A stretch of DNA of 59,294 nucleotides, counting the filler, from Globobulimina sp. (Eukaryota), in NCBI GenBank assembly GCA_003354225.1. It is 7 parts of 7 records of this genome, joined end to end, with 100 filler letters (N's around TTAATTAATTAA, not from the genome) between each part and the next. Parts side by side here need not be neighbours in the genome. Positions count along the whole stretch, not along the records: positions 1 to 8,414 come from PIVH01000083.1; positions 8,515 to 16,927 come from PIVH01000084.1; 5 more parts are not named here. The stretch is one strand, 5' to 3'. The notes under the pieces were generated by a model, which saw only the letters and a program-made list of their open reading frames with translations, ran no database searches and was not told the DNA's origin. Made by a program: the position numbers and the translations under genes. This document shows, piece by piece, positions 1 through 12,547 of the stretch; position 1 is the stretch's first letter; each line of letters starts with the position of its first letter.

Positions 1-807
1 GCATACCAAAACAAACTAAGAAGCGAATTGAATGATACTTCATTTATCATCCACACACTGAATGTGAGCGAAGAATTTCCGTATTTGAATGATACAGTGT
101 ACGATCCAATAATTTATTCATCCAACAAAGAAAATACATTCGTGGTCGGTTTCTTTCCCTATCCAGAACCGCCGCGCGTCGCTGCTATTCAACACACATT
201 AATCGCGGGAGAAACTAGTTGCAGTGGCCCGGTTTATTTGGTCGGACAAACCATTAATCCCATTGGCGTATTGGTATTTGTTCCAATGTTCACAATCAAC
301 AATCGGTCGACACATAATTTCTCCGAAGCCGACGATATCTTTGGTTTTGTCAATTGTGTTTTCAAAATCGACACATTATTTGACCATGTTTTAGAGGGCG
401 GGGAGCTTCACGATGTCTCCCTCTTTTTGTACGACGATGGCCAATATTTGGGGAGATGGCCGACATTGCCAAACATGACAGCGGACCATATCGATGGCGT
501 CAACATTGAGGACCAAACACGAGACTGTTTAGTGACATATGAGAAATCCATTGATGTTGGCTCCAGAGACTGGCATGTTACATGTTGTGTGGATCAAACT
601 TTTGTTGACGAGAAAAGATCTTTTGTAGCATTCTTTATTTTTGGATTATCTATTCTCATTTCAACGACATTTAACGGCTTGAAGTTTATTGTGAAGAAAT
701 TATTGTTAAAAGCAGAGAAAAAATTTGAAGAAACTAGAGCCAACACAGTGGCTCAAAGCAGAGCTGAGTCATTAGAACCGGTACCAGAGCCAAATTGTTT
801 ACGTTAA
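1..807 (+). CDS. CHASE-domain membrane protein, 5'-partial
   Basis: Frame is open from base 1. CHASE-like motifs (RVAAI..TL..GETSCSGPVYLV..GVLVFVPMF..GFVNCVFKI..VGSRDWHV) are followed by one TM helix (FVAFFIFGLSILIS) and a short tail. Confidence 0.7.
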   Translation, partial: AYQNKLRSELNDTSFIIHTLNVSEEFPYLNDTVYDPIIYSSNKENTFVVGFFPYPEPPRVAAIQHTLIAGETSCSGPVYLVGQTINPIGVLVFVPMFTINNRSTHNFSEADDIFGFVNCVFKIDTLFDHVLEGGELHDVSLFLYDDGQYLGRWPTLPNMTADHIDGVNIEDQTRDCLVTYEKSIDVGSRDWHVTCCVDQTFVDEKRSFVAFFIFGLSILISTTFNGLKFIVKKLLLKAEKKFEETRANTVAQSRAESLEPVPEPNCLR

Positions 808-995
808 CTTTCATCCTTTCCTTAATACGCATTGTATTGTTTGTATTGTAGTGTAATTCCTAAATATTCTTTCACAAAGCTGTTCTTTACTAATTAAAGC
901 GACACATATTTAACATTATACTTTTTGACGAATAACCATTATATATATGATAAGTAGCTTAACTTCCTCCAACTAAACAAAAATCTCAATCTACA

Positions 996-2312
996 ATGGG
1001 TAGTCACGCAGCATTCATTATATTATTATCCTCTCTAATATATTTTGCTAAATCTGCGCAGTGTCCAATTGAGAAACCTGATCGTTGTGGCAAACCCACG
1101 GCCGATGCCACCGGTTGGTATGAGGCAAATAGAAAATGCACACAATGCTGTTCTGATCAGTCGGATTGCACAATTCCTGGCGAGGGTGAGTGTTATAGTG
1201 ACCTAAGTTCAATACCATGTGAAGATCCACAACCTTCAGTTACAGCCCGTTGTGGAACAGGTTGGGATGATGCTGAGAACCAATGTGGACCACGTTGTTT
1301 TTATGATGAAGATTGCCCCGTAATACACCTGCCAGAAACGTATTGTTTCAGCGAACTTACCCCATGCACCGTTGCACCATCACCTACCTTACCACCATCA
1401 CCTACACCACCACCTACACCTACCTCACCGCCATCGCATGCCCCTACCCCTACCCCGCCACCATCACCTACGCCACCACCATCAGCGCCTACAACAGTAC
1501 CTACATCATCCCCTAACATCGCAGCTATAATTAACAATCAAGTCGGCGATTATCGCATATCGAGCATAAGTGGTTGCGGCAGCGGTAAAAGAGTAGCATT
1601 GACTTTCGATGATGGGCCAGCCGAAGGATTAACTGCTGATCCATCTGATGGTACAACGCAAATTACACAAGCAATTCTCAACACTTTAATTGCACGTAAT
1701 GTGGCGGCTACATTCTATGTGTCACCAGCCACTGCGGGCGAAGATGAACCGGGTATGAGCCAAAGATGTTCGTTGATCACACAATTAACAGCGGCTGGCA
1801 TGGAGATTCAAAGTCATTCATGGCAACATCCAGACTTTCAAAACTTTGCTGGTTCGGGTGCTGCTGCCACCGATGCTCAGATCACACAAGAATTAGATGA
1901 CACACGTGACTTTATTGTGGGTTGTGGTGGTGCGGCACCGACCATATTTCGACCGCCGTATGGTTCGTTGAATAAGCAACAGGCCGAGTACATTGTGGGT
2001 GAGGGCTATATCATTGGTTTATGGAATATGGACTCAAACGATTACCTGGATCCGAATGATTTGAATGTAATTCGGGGGAATATCGAAAACAGTTTGGATT
2101 TCTATGGTGATGATAGTATTACGATTTTGATGCATGACAGGAGCTCATATGAGATTGTTGATGATATTATTGTTTTGCTCCAGAATGATGGGTACGAATT
2201 TATTACACAAAGTGAATGTTTTGCGAGCTGTGATACGATCGACGCGGATGGTATTTGTATGGATATGAATGGAAATAATCAAAACTGGATAATTGATAGT
2301 TGGAGGAATTAA
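996..2312 (+). CDS. Secreted polysaccharide (chitin-type) deacetylase, CE4/NodB, with N-terminal Cys-rich modules and Pro/Thr linker
   Basis: Signal peptide; two Cys-rich repeats (RCG..W..A...C); PSPT linker; CE4 motifs VALTFDDGP, HSWQH, FRPPYG, ILMHD. Confidence 0.9.
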   Translation: MGSHAAFIILLSSLIYFAKSAQCPIEKPDRCGKPTADATGWYEANRKCTQCCSDQSDCTIPGEGECYSDLSSIPCEDPQPSVTARCGTGWDDAENQCGPRCFYDEDCPVIHLPETYCFSELTPCTVAPSPTLPPSPTPPPTPTSPPSHAPTPTPPPSPTPPPSAPTTVPTSSPNIAAIINNQVGDYRISSISGCGSGKRVALTFDDGPAEGLTADPSDGTTQITQAILNTLIARNVAATFYVSPATAGEDEPGMSQRCSLITQLTAAGMEIQSHSWQHPDFQNFAGSGAAATDAQITQELDDTRDFIVGCGGAAPTIFRPPYGSLNKQQAEYIVGEGYIIGLWNMDSNDYLDPNDLNVIRGNIENSLDFYGDDSITILMHDRSSYEIVDDIIVLLQNDGYEFITQSECFASCDTIDADGICMDMNGNNQNWIIDSWRN

Positions 2313-2642
2313 TTAATTGATGACTTTTTCAATATATTTATATATCTCTGTTCAAATTCTTTCTTTTTTCTTTGTTTCATGTTTTTACCTCGATACATTG
2401 TTTGCACGTTTTTAAGTTTGTATGATTTCATATACTTTGTGCTGATACAAACTTATATTTTTTTGTTGGAATAATTTTTTTCTATCGTTTTTTTTAGTAG
2501 ATTTAAAATGTTTAATTTTACCTGTATTTTTATTATATATATGTATTCCTCTTTGAAACAGTCTAAATTATAATGTGTTGCGTTTTGTTCACTTGGCTTA
2601 GGTTTGAAGACAAAGCGAAAAACATTTACTCTGCACTGCATC

Positions 2643-4458
2643 ATGATGTCACCGTTTCTATTCATGCTTATCTTTGTTCACAATCCAAAATCAGAAACCA
2701 TCACTTGCACTGACAGTTGTCGTTGTAATTCTGGCACATCAACAGGAGTAACATGTACAATAGAGTTAAATGTTTATTTTATTTTATTTTATTTTATTTG
2801 ATTTTATAACCATTTGGAATTTCAATATTGACAGCTGTTCGACAGAATCATCCGCGTGCAAAGGAAAGGAATTAGAATGCAGAAGTGGAGATCCCTGTAT
2901 CATTGATTGCAGAGCATATGGCGGCTGCGAAGATGCACTAATCATTGGAGAATTAGCGAGTCATGTTTCAGTATATTGTCAAGGAGATCAGGCTTGCAAA
3001 GGAAGTTCAGAAATAGACTGTGGCACTGGAGATTGTTTCGTCAATTGTATTGGCGGAATTGATGTTTGCACGGATTTATCCATTTTTAACCTTCCTGGTA
3101 TAATATCTTTTCGCTGTTTTTAATCTTAATAAACATTTGTCGCATTTAGGTGCTCGAAGTTTTCAATGTGTCGGAAGTTGCGGCGATCTCAAGGTTGCAC
3201 CACTCGAATACAGCCCATCTCCCACCAGATCCCCAACACAGCATCCTGTGCCTTCTCCAACTAGTAACCCTACCACATCAACACCAACAGCCGTACCAAC
3301 CAGTAACCCGATACCATCTCCTACATCTGCACCAACTATAAATCCGACACCTGCTCCAACAAACAACCCAACTAAAAAACCGTCTTCATCTCCCACTCAA
3401 CCAACTACTGCACCAACATCTGCACCGACAGCAACAACCACTGAGCCCACACCGTTTCCAACTACCAATCCAAGCTGTGACCCAACCACTGATCCAACAT
3501 CAGACCCTACAAAAGATCCCAGTGCAGATCCAACAAGCGATCCCACTGTGGATCCAACATTAAATCCAACCAGAAATCCAACGCCTACACCAACAAATCC
3601 AATTTTGGTGGTACATAATACACCAACAACATCACCAAAGATATCAACTATAGCTACAATGTTGAATGACAATGAACAAACTGAAGAAAATGGAACAAGG
3701 GACACAGATGGAAATAGAATGGGAAATAAAATGGTGGTGATATTGACTGCATCGATGGGAGGATTATGCATCACTGTAAGCGCATCATTGATATTTTTTA
3801 TTTGTATATTCAAGAAGAAACAAGGCAATAAACATGAGAGTGATGCAGTTGCTATAATTGTTAAATCCGATACTAGTGATTATGGTCATTATGGAAAGCA
3901 GGAAGCAGTTATGTCAGTATCAAACAAATCAAATATAAATTATATGGGTGATCCTGTACTCATTCGAGTTGCATCTGCATCAACAAAAGGTGAAGTTGTG
4001 GAATTAACGCAGGTGATAACGCCATATGGTAATGACGACGGTGCTGGTGCTAATATTGCAGTTGCTGAGTTTGAAGTAGTTGGCGATGATGAAACACGTG
4101 GAGGTATGTTTTAAATTTGTGTGCAAAAATAAACAACTTTAACATGTATAATATCTAAAAAGCAGCATGCGATGATATTAATGAAGTGATGGTTACTTTG
4201 GAGGGTCCGGAAAATGGCGATGCATCAGAAAGACCGAAAAATGAATATATACAAAATGTTGATGTCGATAATATACAAAATGTTGATATTAATAATTATT
4301 TAATAGAAGATGATGATGATGATGATATGTCAATGGTGGATGAAATGAATGATGTACATGTAACGACTGGAGGATCACTGGATCAAATGGATGGGGAAGG
4401 AATAACTGATGATATTGAGGATGATTTGTTGTTGAAAGGATTGGAGACAATGCAATGA
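2643..4458 (+). CDS. Multi-exon type-I membrane protein: Cys-rich ectodomain, PTxxPT mucin-like stalk, TM helix, acidic tail
   Basis: ATG at 2643 with signal peptide. Four ORF segments are separated by short AT-rich GT-AG intron-like gaps (~2765-2835, ~3098-3149, ~4104-4163). PT repeats at 3220-3600; TM VVILTASMGGLCITVSASLIFFICIF. Confidence 0.7.
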
Positions 4459-4697
4459 TCGATTCTATAATATTTTCGTTCTAAAAACCATTAATGTTTG
4501 ATAATGTATTATATTTGTTGTGATTCTTGTGTTTAATTCATTAATTAATTTGATATATTCGACTTTTTAGGTTCACACTTCTGTCCTAGTATTTCGACAG
4601 TAGAAAGTCCGGTTTTTTGTTGTTCTGAATCTGAATCTGATTTGTGACAAAGAAGAAAGTTGCGAAATGGTCTATATTATTCTATATACGTACAACA

Positions 4698-6605
4698 TTA
4701 AATCTCTTCAATTGATACAGTTATTTCACCATTATCCTGTAAGATTAGATCAGCCGCGACAACACCAATTAACATAGTAATAGCATTTGGATGTCCAGTG
4801 ATTTGAGTCGGCATAATCGAAGAATCAGCAATTCGCAAACAATCAACACCTCTCACTTTTAACCTATTATCAACAACAATCGTATCCATGTTATTATTAT
4901 CACATCGATCGCCCATTTTACATGTACTGCATGGATGTGCAGTTGCCATTAATCCCTCCTCTCTCATCCATTTTAATATTGCTGCGTCGTCATTTGTTTT
5001 TATTTTCGATCCTGGATAAAATTCATTATGTTCATCGCCATCATATAATGCCATCAATGCATCGCTGTAACATAACTGCCTCGCTTGTCGAAATATTGTA
5101 ATCAATTTATTTTCATCATCCTTATTACTCAAATAATTTGGATTTATCACTGGTCTGCTTTTTTCTGCATCATTTCCATTCAATGTAACAACACCTTTCG
5201 ATGTCAAATGTTCACATTGACTAAATACCATAATATGAACTTCTTGCTCATTATCAAAACACCCAAATCCCCAAAAGCCGCCAACATCGGTGGTTATAAC
5301 CTCGACCACATGTTCATATTCGTCATCATCTGTTACAATATATATTCCTTCCAATATAGAACGTTGTTTCAATGGACGTTCACAGGCTTTAATATTTTTC
5401 AATTTTGGTGATATCAATACTGATATTGGATGCTCCTCCATGTTCTTAGTAACAATTCATTTTAAAAATGCATATATTTGCAATATGAAAATATACATTG
5501 TTAAATGAGATGATATACCTTGCCAACTGCAGGTACATTTGATATACATTTTATACCAAACTTATCCTCCAATTCTCTCCGATCGCCAATACCTGATAAC
5601 ATTAATAATTTCACGGTATCAAAAGAACCGCAACAAACTATAACCTCTTTATTACATTTTATATCCACATATTTCTCATCGTCAATATTTTCATCGTCAA
5701 TACTTTCTGCCCGCTAAATCAACACAAAACGTATTTTAATATTATGAGTATATTAACAGTGCACATTAACATACTTTTATTCTAACACCGCAAGCTTTCG
5801 GTTTGTTAGCAGATTCATCAATTAATATCTTAGTCGCTTTAGTATTTACCATGACATCTAAATTATTCTTTGTATCCAACACAGGCCGCACATACTGACT
5901 CCAACTTGTTTGTCTTTGGCATAAATGCGGACTGATTTGCTTTGCATTATGCTGAACATAAGAAACGCCGTAAACATCTGAACATGAATTTAAATCATTA
6001 TAATCTTTATTATATTTATAACCGCATTGTTTTGCTGCTGCCAATAAAATATCTTTATATCCATCATCAGAATAAGTTGAAATATCAAAATCTTTTTTAT
6101 TTATTTTATCCCAATATGGTGAAATGTCTCTCCATCTCCACCCATTAATATTCCATCTTTCATTATAATCTCTACGACATCCGATGGACCACAACATGCC
6201 ATTATGTGAGGCACAGCCTCCAGTCATTATTGCTTTCCACTGTGCTTGAAAACGATTATTCAAACCTGGCTGAGGTGGGGTACTATATCCACGTGAAAAG
6301 TCCGACTCGCTGCAAACATCTATAGCTTTGCTCGCATCATTAACCATTTGTATTTTTGATACATCCATACCTTCTTCAATTAATAATACTGATGAATTGG
6401 ATAATAATCCCAATTGGCCAGCGACGGCACTCCCACCTGAACCGGAGCCAATTACAATATAATCATAGGCATAACTTGATTGCATTGCGGGACCATCAAT
6501 TATTTCACATTTTGCAATCCACGGCGAATGCAGATAGAAATGTATCGAAGATGCAACTGGTACAGAAATGCCACCAAACAAACGCCATGACCACATCACT
6601 AACAA
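4698..6605 (-). CDS. GMC (glucose-methanol-choline) oxidoreductase, 3 exons
   Basis: YDYIVIGSGSGG FAD motif; middle exon ~5520-5715 reads KEVIVCCGSFDTVKLLMLSGIG; C-terminal HPCSTCKMG..VVDNRLKVRGVDCLRIADSSIMP..GHPNA. True start uncertain (possibly MQSSY). Confidence 0.9.
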
Positions 6606-6662
6606 ACAAAACTTTATTTATCTAGTCATCCCCCTGTTATATGTTACAACTTAAGTGTTTGA

Positions 6663-8414
6663 ATGGCAACACAACAAAATTACTGGGCATGGAATGAAAA
6701 TATTAATGGAAGATATACAAAATGCAATTCCCTATATAATAATGTTTCAATCAGCCATGTGGTGAATGGCAATTTCACATTGACTGCATCAGTAACAACA
6801 CCTGATTCCTTTTTAGATTGGCAAGGATTTATTGGTGGACCAAAAGGTGCTTTTTGGATGGGATTGCATTCTGGCAAATGGTGTGTTGGTAAGCAATATG
6901 GAAATATTGAAGAGTTTTGCCATTTCGGAGCTGCAGAAAAAAATAAGAGATGCGAAATCATGCTGGAGAGAGAAGGTAGCAATTGGAGCTTTTATATTGA
7001 TGATATATTTGCAAAGTCAGCAGAATGCCAACGTTCTGAATGTATCCAAACCCAACAAGTGACCATCGGAGCTGGCTATGACAATGGAAATGAACCATGG
7101 AATGGAGGAGTACATTTCATTGCGATATGTCCATTAGAACAAGCACATAGCGATGAAAAAAAAGATGATTCGACTGCAGAACCAGAGACAAATTCAGTTG
7201 CAGACCAAACCACTGCCAAAGATGAGATACGTACAGCTGCAGAACCTGGCTTAACTACAACTTGTCGCAGTGATAACAAGTCAGAAATTATTACTGTTTT
7301 TGATAAAGTTTTGTGTTTACAATAATCGTATATATATTTATATTATTTTGTTGTTTCAGGTTGTAAGAAAATGCAATAATGATGTTGGTATCGTTCGATT
7401 TGTTGGAGAAATAGCTGGGAAGATTGGCATTTTTTATGGTATAGATTTGGAACAATCGAATGGAAAAAATGATGGATCATACAACAACAGATATTATTTT
7501 AAAACAGACGAAGAATGTGGAGTCTTTGTGAGAAGAAATAAAATTAATTTGTTATCCACCAACAACGTTGACCTGAATATACGGATAACAGTGGGTGATA
7601 TAGTACATATTTCAAAATATGACAGTAAAGGCATTGTGCGATTTATTGGAGAAACCCAATTTAAACCAGCTATTATTTGGTATGGTGTTCAATTGGAACG
7701 TTCGAATGGAAAAAATAATGGCACTATTGATGGAGTAAAATATTTTCAATGTAGCAATAAATATGGTATATTTGTTCAATTAAACAGCATTAAATTAATA
7801 AAACATAATAATAAACTTTCTCGATCATCATCATTTGGGCTAAACAAACTCAAAAAATCAACAAAGAAAAATAAGCGTTCAGTATCGACGTCTTTTCTGA
7901 ATGGAGATTCTGGACCAAAATGGTTAAATAAACGACCATTAGCTGCTCTCAGAGGTAAAAACATGTTTTTCTTTTTAGAAAACGTTTTTAATCGTCAACT
8001 CTGACATAAAAAACAAAAATTATATTTTTGTATACTGCGGATAACGTTTTTTAAAAACAATAATCAAATTGTATCTATATAGATGATGATGAAGATCACA
8101 AATATAAAGATTCTGAGTTGGAACTAAAATCATCATATTCATCATCCAGTTATTGCACTGTGCGAAAACTAGGACCGCGAGACATTGGTCGTATTAAATA
8201 TAAAGGAACGAAATATGATATCGATGATTCTGATATCCCTCATTCGTTTTTAAAAGAAAAACGTCATCATCGCTCATTTTCATCCACATCATTATTGATG
8301 AGTAATAAACCAACTCCAGCACGACCAATATTGACTTCATCCAAAAGAATTGTATTAAAAAAGTTGCTGAAAACGCACGATAAAGACATTGGAGATGTAA
8401 ATCAATTTGAATTG
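6663..8414 (+). CDS. CAP-Gly domain protein (two CAP-Gly domains) with N-terminal beta-sandwich (LamG/ConA-like) region; 3'-partial, spliced
   Basis: GIVRFVG..YGIDLEQSNGKNDGS and GIVRFIG..WYGVQLERSNGKNNGT..YFQC..GIFV. Intron-like gaps at ~7308-7359 and ~7954-8082 join the ORFs. Confidence 0.7.
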
Positions 8415-8514
8415 NNNNNNNNNNNNNNNNNNNNNNNNNNNNNNNNNNNNNNNNNNNNTTAATTAATTAANNNNNNNNNNNNNNNNNNNNNNNNNNNNNN
8501 NNNNNNNNNNNNNN
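8415..8514. other. Artificial contig spacer (N44-TTAATTAATTAA-N44)
   Basis: Identical 100-nt spacer with six-frame stops recurs six times. Confidence 0.98.
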
Positions 8515-9274
8515 TTAATTGATATGAAAAAACATGAAAATAGAAAAAGAAATGAATTTGAAAAAGAATATATTCCGTTACGTGATGAGATTACAATTTC
8601 AGTGTTGAATAATAATAATAAAGAAAATAAACAGTGGGCCATAAATGGAACAATATGTGGCTTGCGAACACAAAAGAAATCATTAGAAAATAAGTTAAAA
8701 AAATATGATGGGATATTTGTTAATTATAAAAATCAATTTCAAAAGCAAAATAAATTAATATTACAATCAAAATGGTTGGAATTAAAGAAAGAAATTAATA
8801 CAAACATTAATATGCCACCAATGTGTGGTATGTAGGATATGTGGATGAGGAAGGATTGGAGGGACTTCATGTGATATGTAATGACTGTCGGAGATCGTAT
8901 TTGAATCAAAAAGGAGTGTACGTTGCGAGTGCAATATATGATGGAAAAGATATATTTGATTACATCACCAAAATATTGCCAGATGTATACAAATGGAAAG
9001 AGTAATAAATAAATAAGTTTCTTGTCAAGAACCGCGAAAATATGATTAAAGTGTGTAAATATTCGTTGTTAATCGATCCATAACATAATATTCTTGTTAT
9101 TGCAGGTCTCCTGTAATCAACACGGTATTGAATATGCGCAGTTATAACTAAGTTAGTTCGTTTCTGAATAGTTTACTTCAGTCACTCAAAAACTATAGTC
9201 ACCGAGCAAAGATACCGCCGTTTGTCAAACAAAAAAGTCAAGAACCAAAGAACAAACGGGGAAAGTCACAATCA

Positions 9275-12200
9275 ATGGCTGATCCAAATATTACTTTCGT
9301 TTCTGGGACACATGTTCCAGCGAATACCTATTCATATCCGAACGACGCCCAATTGGGTCACACCATTATCGCGAAGAAAATTAAATCAGCAACAGGCAGA
9401 GGCTTAATATCAAGCCAAACTGTCGCCACAATCGCTGCTTTATTAAAATCAGAGCTGATAATGCCATATGGGAACGATAATGGCATCAACGTTGATTTGC
9501 AATGCATCAACGAAGCATACGCCAAAGCAAAATCGTATGAAGAGGGTCATCCAGAGGAAGAAAAGGCAAATCATAATGATATTGTCTCATTCCTTTCAAA
9601 CTCATTATGGTTCGATCAGAAATTAAAGAAAAGAAGACAGGCAAAATGGGAAAAGCGCCAAACGTTATTCGATATCCATGGACAAATTGAAAGTTGGGAT
9701 TTCCCAAACCCACCACGAGCAGTCATGGTATGTCAATCAAGGGATAACGAAGAATCTGACGACAGCGATAAGGATAATGATGAAAATATCGTCGTCGATG
9801 GTACTGGTCACAACTCCGATGATCAAGAACAAGACGAAGAAAATAAGGGTATCGGGTCAGAAGAGGACCAAATTTATGATTTAGAGCAAGAAGATATTGA
9901 GATTCCTGAGCCCCCCAAACCAGTGCAAGGACAATTTGATGAGTTAGCCGATATCAAAAAACGAATTATGAGATTTCAAGATTCAAATTTTGTAAAAGCT
10001 GATCTCGCGAAACAATATGAAAAAGCATTTCAATTTCGATCAAAAGTAGTGATTGATTATAGGATGGAATTGATAAAAAACATTGGAGCATTTATGAAAA
10101 AGAAAACAATCAAATACTCCGAAGTCGCACACAAATGTAATGCGTATAATCATCGCATGACACAGTATTTAGTCAATTTTCGTATTTTTTACCATTTACC
10201 GCCAGCAACTCACAAATTTGCGCGATTATTGAACATGAAAGGGGAGGCTCTACGGACCTCGATTTTGGATACCTATTATAAACAATTTGCGTTCCTGGAA
10301 GAAAAAGGATACATCGACAAAAACGGGAAACGCGTCAAGGAATATAAGACATTGGATGTAGTGCCGCGGGAATTGTACAAAGCGAAGAAGAGCAAAGTGA
10401 AATACATCGGAGTCGGTGCAGATGGTCAGGAAACTGCAACTGTTGACCCCTGGGATGAACTAAATACTTATCGTCCAAAGAAAAAGAGACGTTTGAATAA
10501 CTCGTCAGACGATGATGAAATAGAATACGTCAATCCAAATAAAGATAAGCCAGCATCCACGACCTCGTCCGATCCGAATACAGTGTCAAATCAATGGAAA
10601 AGTGACGTAGTGTCACAAATAAACCAAATTTCAAAGGCCATTGGCGTCATTAATTCAAAAAATGTAGATTCGCCACAAAAACAGTCCGTGGAGGCAATGT
10701 TAAAAAAGGAAGGAAGAGGAATAAATCGATGGAGTAAAGAACAATATGTCCACAAAACCACCCTTGGATTCGAATTAATTGCCAAAAACACAAACAAATA
10801 CAAGAATACATCCACCCATCAAGACACATATCAGCGACTGATGAATCACGCAAAAAACAAGGACGTTATTAATGATATTCAAGGTTTGTTAGGATCTGTA
10901 TCCTATTTTCATGTGAGCCGTGTAAACAATTTGGTTGTTTACAATCTTTTGTATGACTTTGGATGATTTTGAATGGATTTATTAACAAAACAAATCTGTT
11001 TTTTCTGGAGGAAAATGTTTTTGTTCTCCCTTGAATTTTGTACATAAAATTTTGAAATCAAAGATATGAAAAATTCGCCAGGTACAATAAAGGAATATGC
11101 ACTCAGTTTGGTGCAGTTTTGTACGAATTTTAGCCCCAACGAGAAAGTGAACGGCATCTCAACAGTTTTGACAATGCCAAGAATAGTTCACTTTGTTGGT
11201 TAGAAAAGTAACAAAAGTCCCAATGAGAAAACATTAATAATGATGTAAAAGTGAGTCACCGTGTTGACCCACTTTTACACGATGTAATTATGAGTAACTG
11301 CCCTTTCCTTTTACTTTTATTTAGATGGTGACTCAGAGGACAGTGACTCAGAAAGCAAGAAAAAGAAAACAAAGAGAAAGAAGGAGTCAAAGGAATCAAC
11401 GGCACTTAGTGAGTTACTAGCATTTGTATGGAGAATTTGTCCCAAATCATTCACAGAGATCATGTTAGGAATAATGCGATACACTAAAAAGACCAAACAC
11501 ATGGTCAGAGCCAATGCGACATCAACAATTCACAATATATTTCAGGATAAGTCGAATGTATCAACTTTTTTCAATGAAGTGATAGTTATTTTGAATGAAT
11601 GGTCAATGTATGTTGGAAATCGACGCAATGAAATTATTCAGAAATTACATGTTTTGTATAAGAAAAAGGACATTAAAAAAGTAACCCCCTCAGATGAGGT
11701 TGATCGATATATGAGAATGTTGAGTGTGGCCATAAGTGACTGGCAAAGGGGATCGATTTTGATCATGCAGTTAATAGTAGACCCGCTCTTAAATGAACAA
11801 CTATTTTATTTATTTTTAAATGAATCCATGGCGATTGCTATGGAGGATGAGATATCAATTACCATCGCTTTGCAACACGTAACTCTCCGTTCAAATTTAG
11901 AAACGGAAAAGAAATTGCAACATTTAGTAGATCCAATGTGGATGCAACTAGTTTTTACAGATTACGAACATGTTAAATTATTAAAAACACAACAAACGAT
12001 ATTTAATCACCAACAATCAGTCCAACAATCCATACCAACACAAAACACAAACACTTATGACAAAAACAAGAATAACAACAGAAATAACAACACTAACTAT
12101 GGCGGCAGATTTAGTAATAACAGAATGCCACAATTATCAAAAAAAGACAAAGAAGAAAGGATTGGAAGGATAAAACAGTGGATGGAAACAACGAGAAACA

Positions 12201-12382
12201 AATTAAAAGATCAATACAAAAAGGATTTTTCAGGACATTTCTGTGCTGGACACCACATGGACAGTGAACGTTGCTTATCAAAAGGACCAATTTGTAGAAC
12301 CGGAGGCATGCAACGAGTACATCACTGCCTTTGTGGATCCACATCACATACTATTGATCACTGCAAGATTATTTTCAAATAG
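9275..12382 (+). CDS. gag-like protein of element 1, spliced: 9275..10883 + 11325..12382
   Basis: Donor CAAG|gtttgt at 10884 and acceptor ttttatttag|AT at 11324 join in frame. C-terminal finger FCAGHH..RC....ICR...HHCLCGSTSHTIDHC is typical of YR-retroelement gag. Confidence 0.75.
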
Positions 12383-12547
12383 TTTCCTTAAAATTGACTC
12401 ATATTTAATTGAATAGACAATGAGTTAAAAAGTTTGATTTAATTACAATTCCCCCCATTTTTTCCACTCTTTCCGACCTTTATTCATAACACAAACGTTT
12501 CTGAGTATAAATAAACGTTTCTAAGTTTACTTTATGAATTTACTTAG

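Noticed and set aside
1301-3828. Gly/Val-rich minus-strand ORFs
   Set aside because: They are antisense shadows of the Pro/Thr repeat coding regions.
8515-9005. Two short ORFs upstream of element 1 as an extra element gene
   Set aside because: They are fragmentary, in different frames and have no recognisable domain, so they cannot be assigned to element or host.
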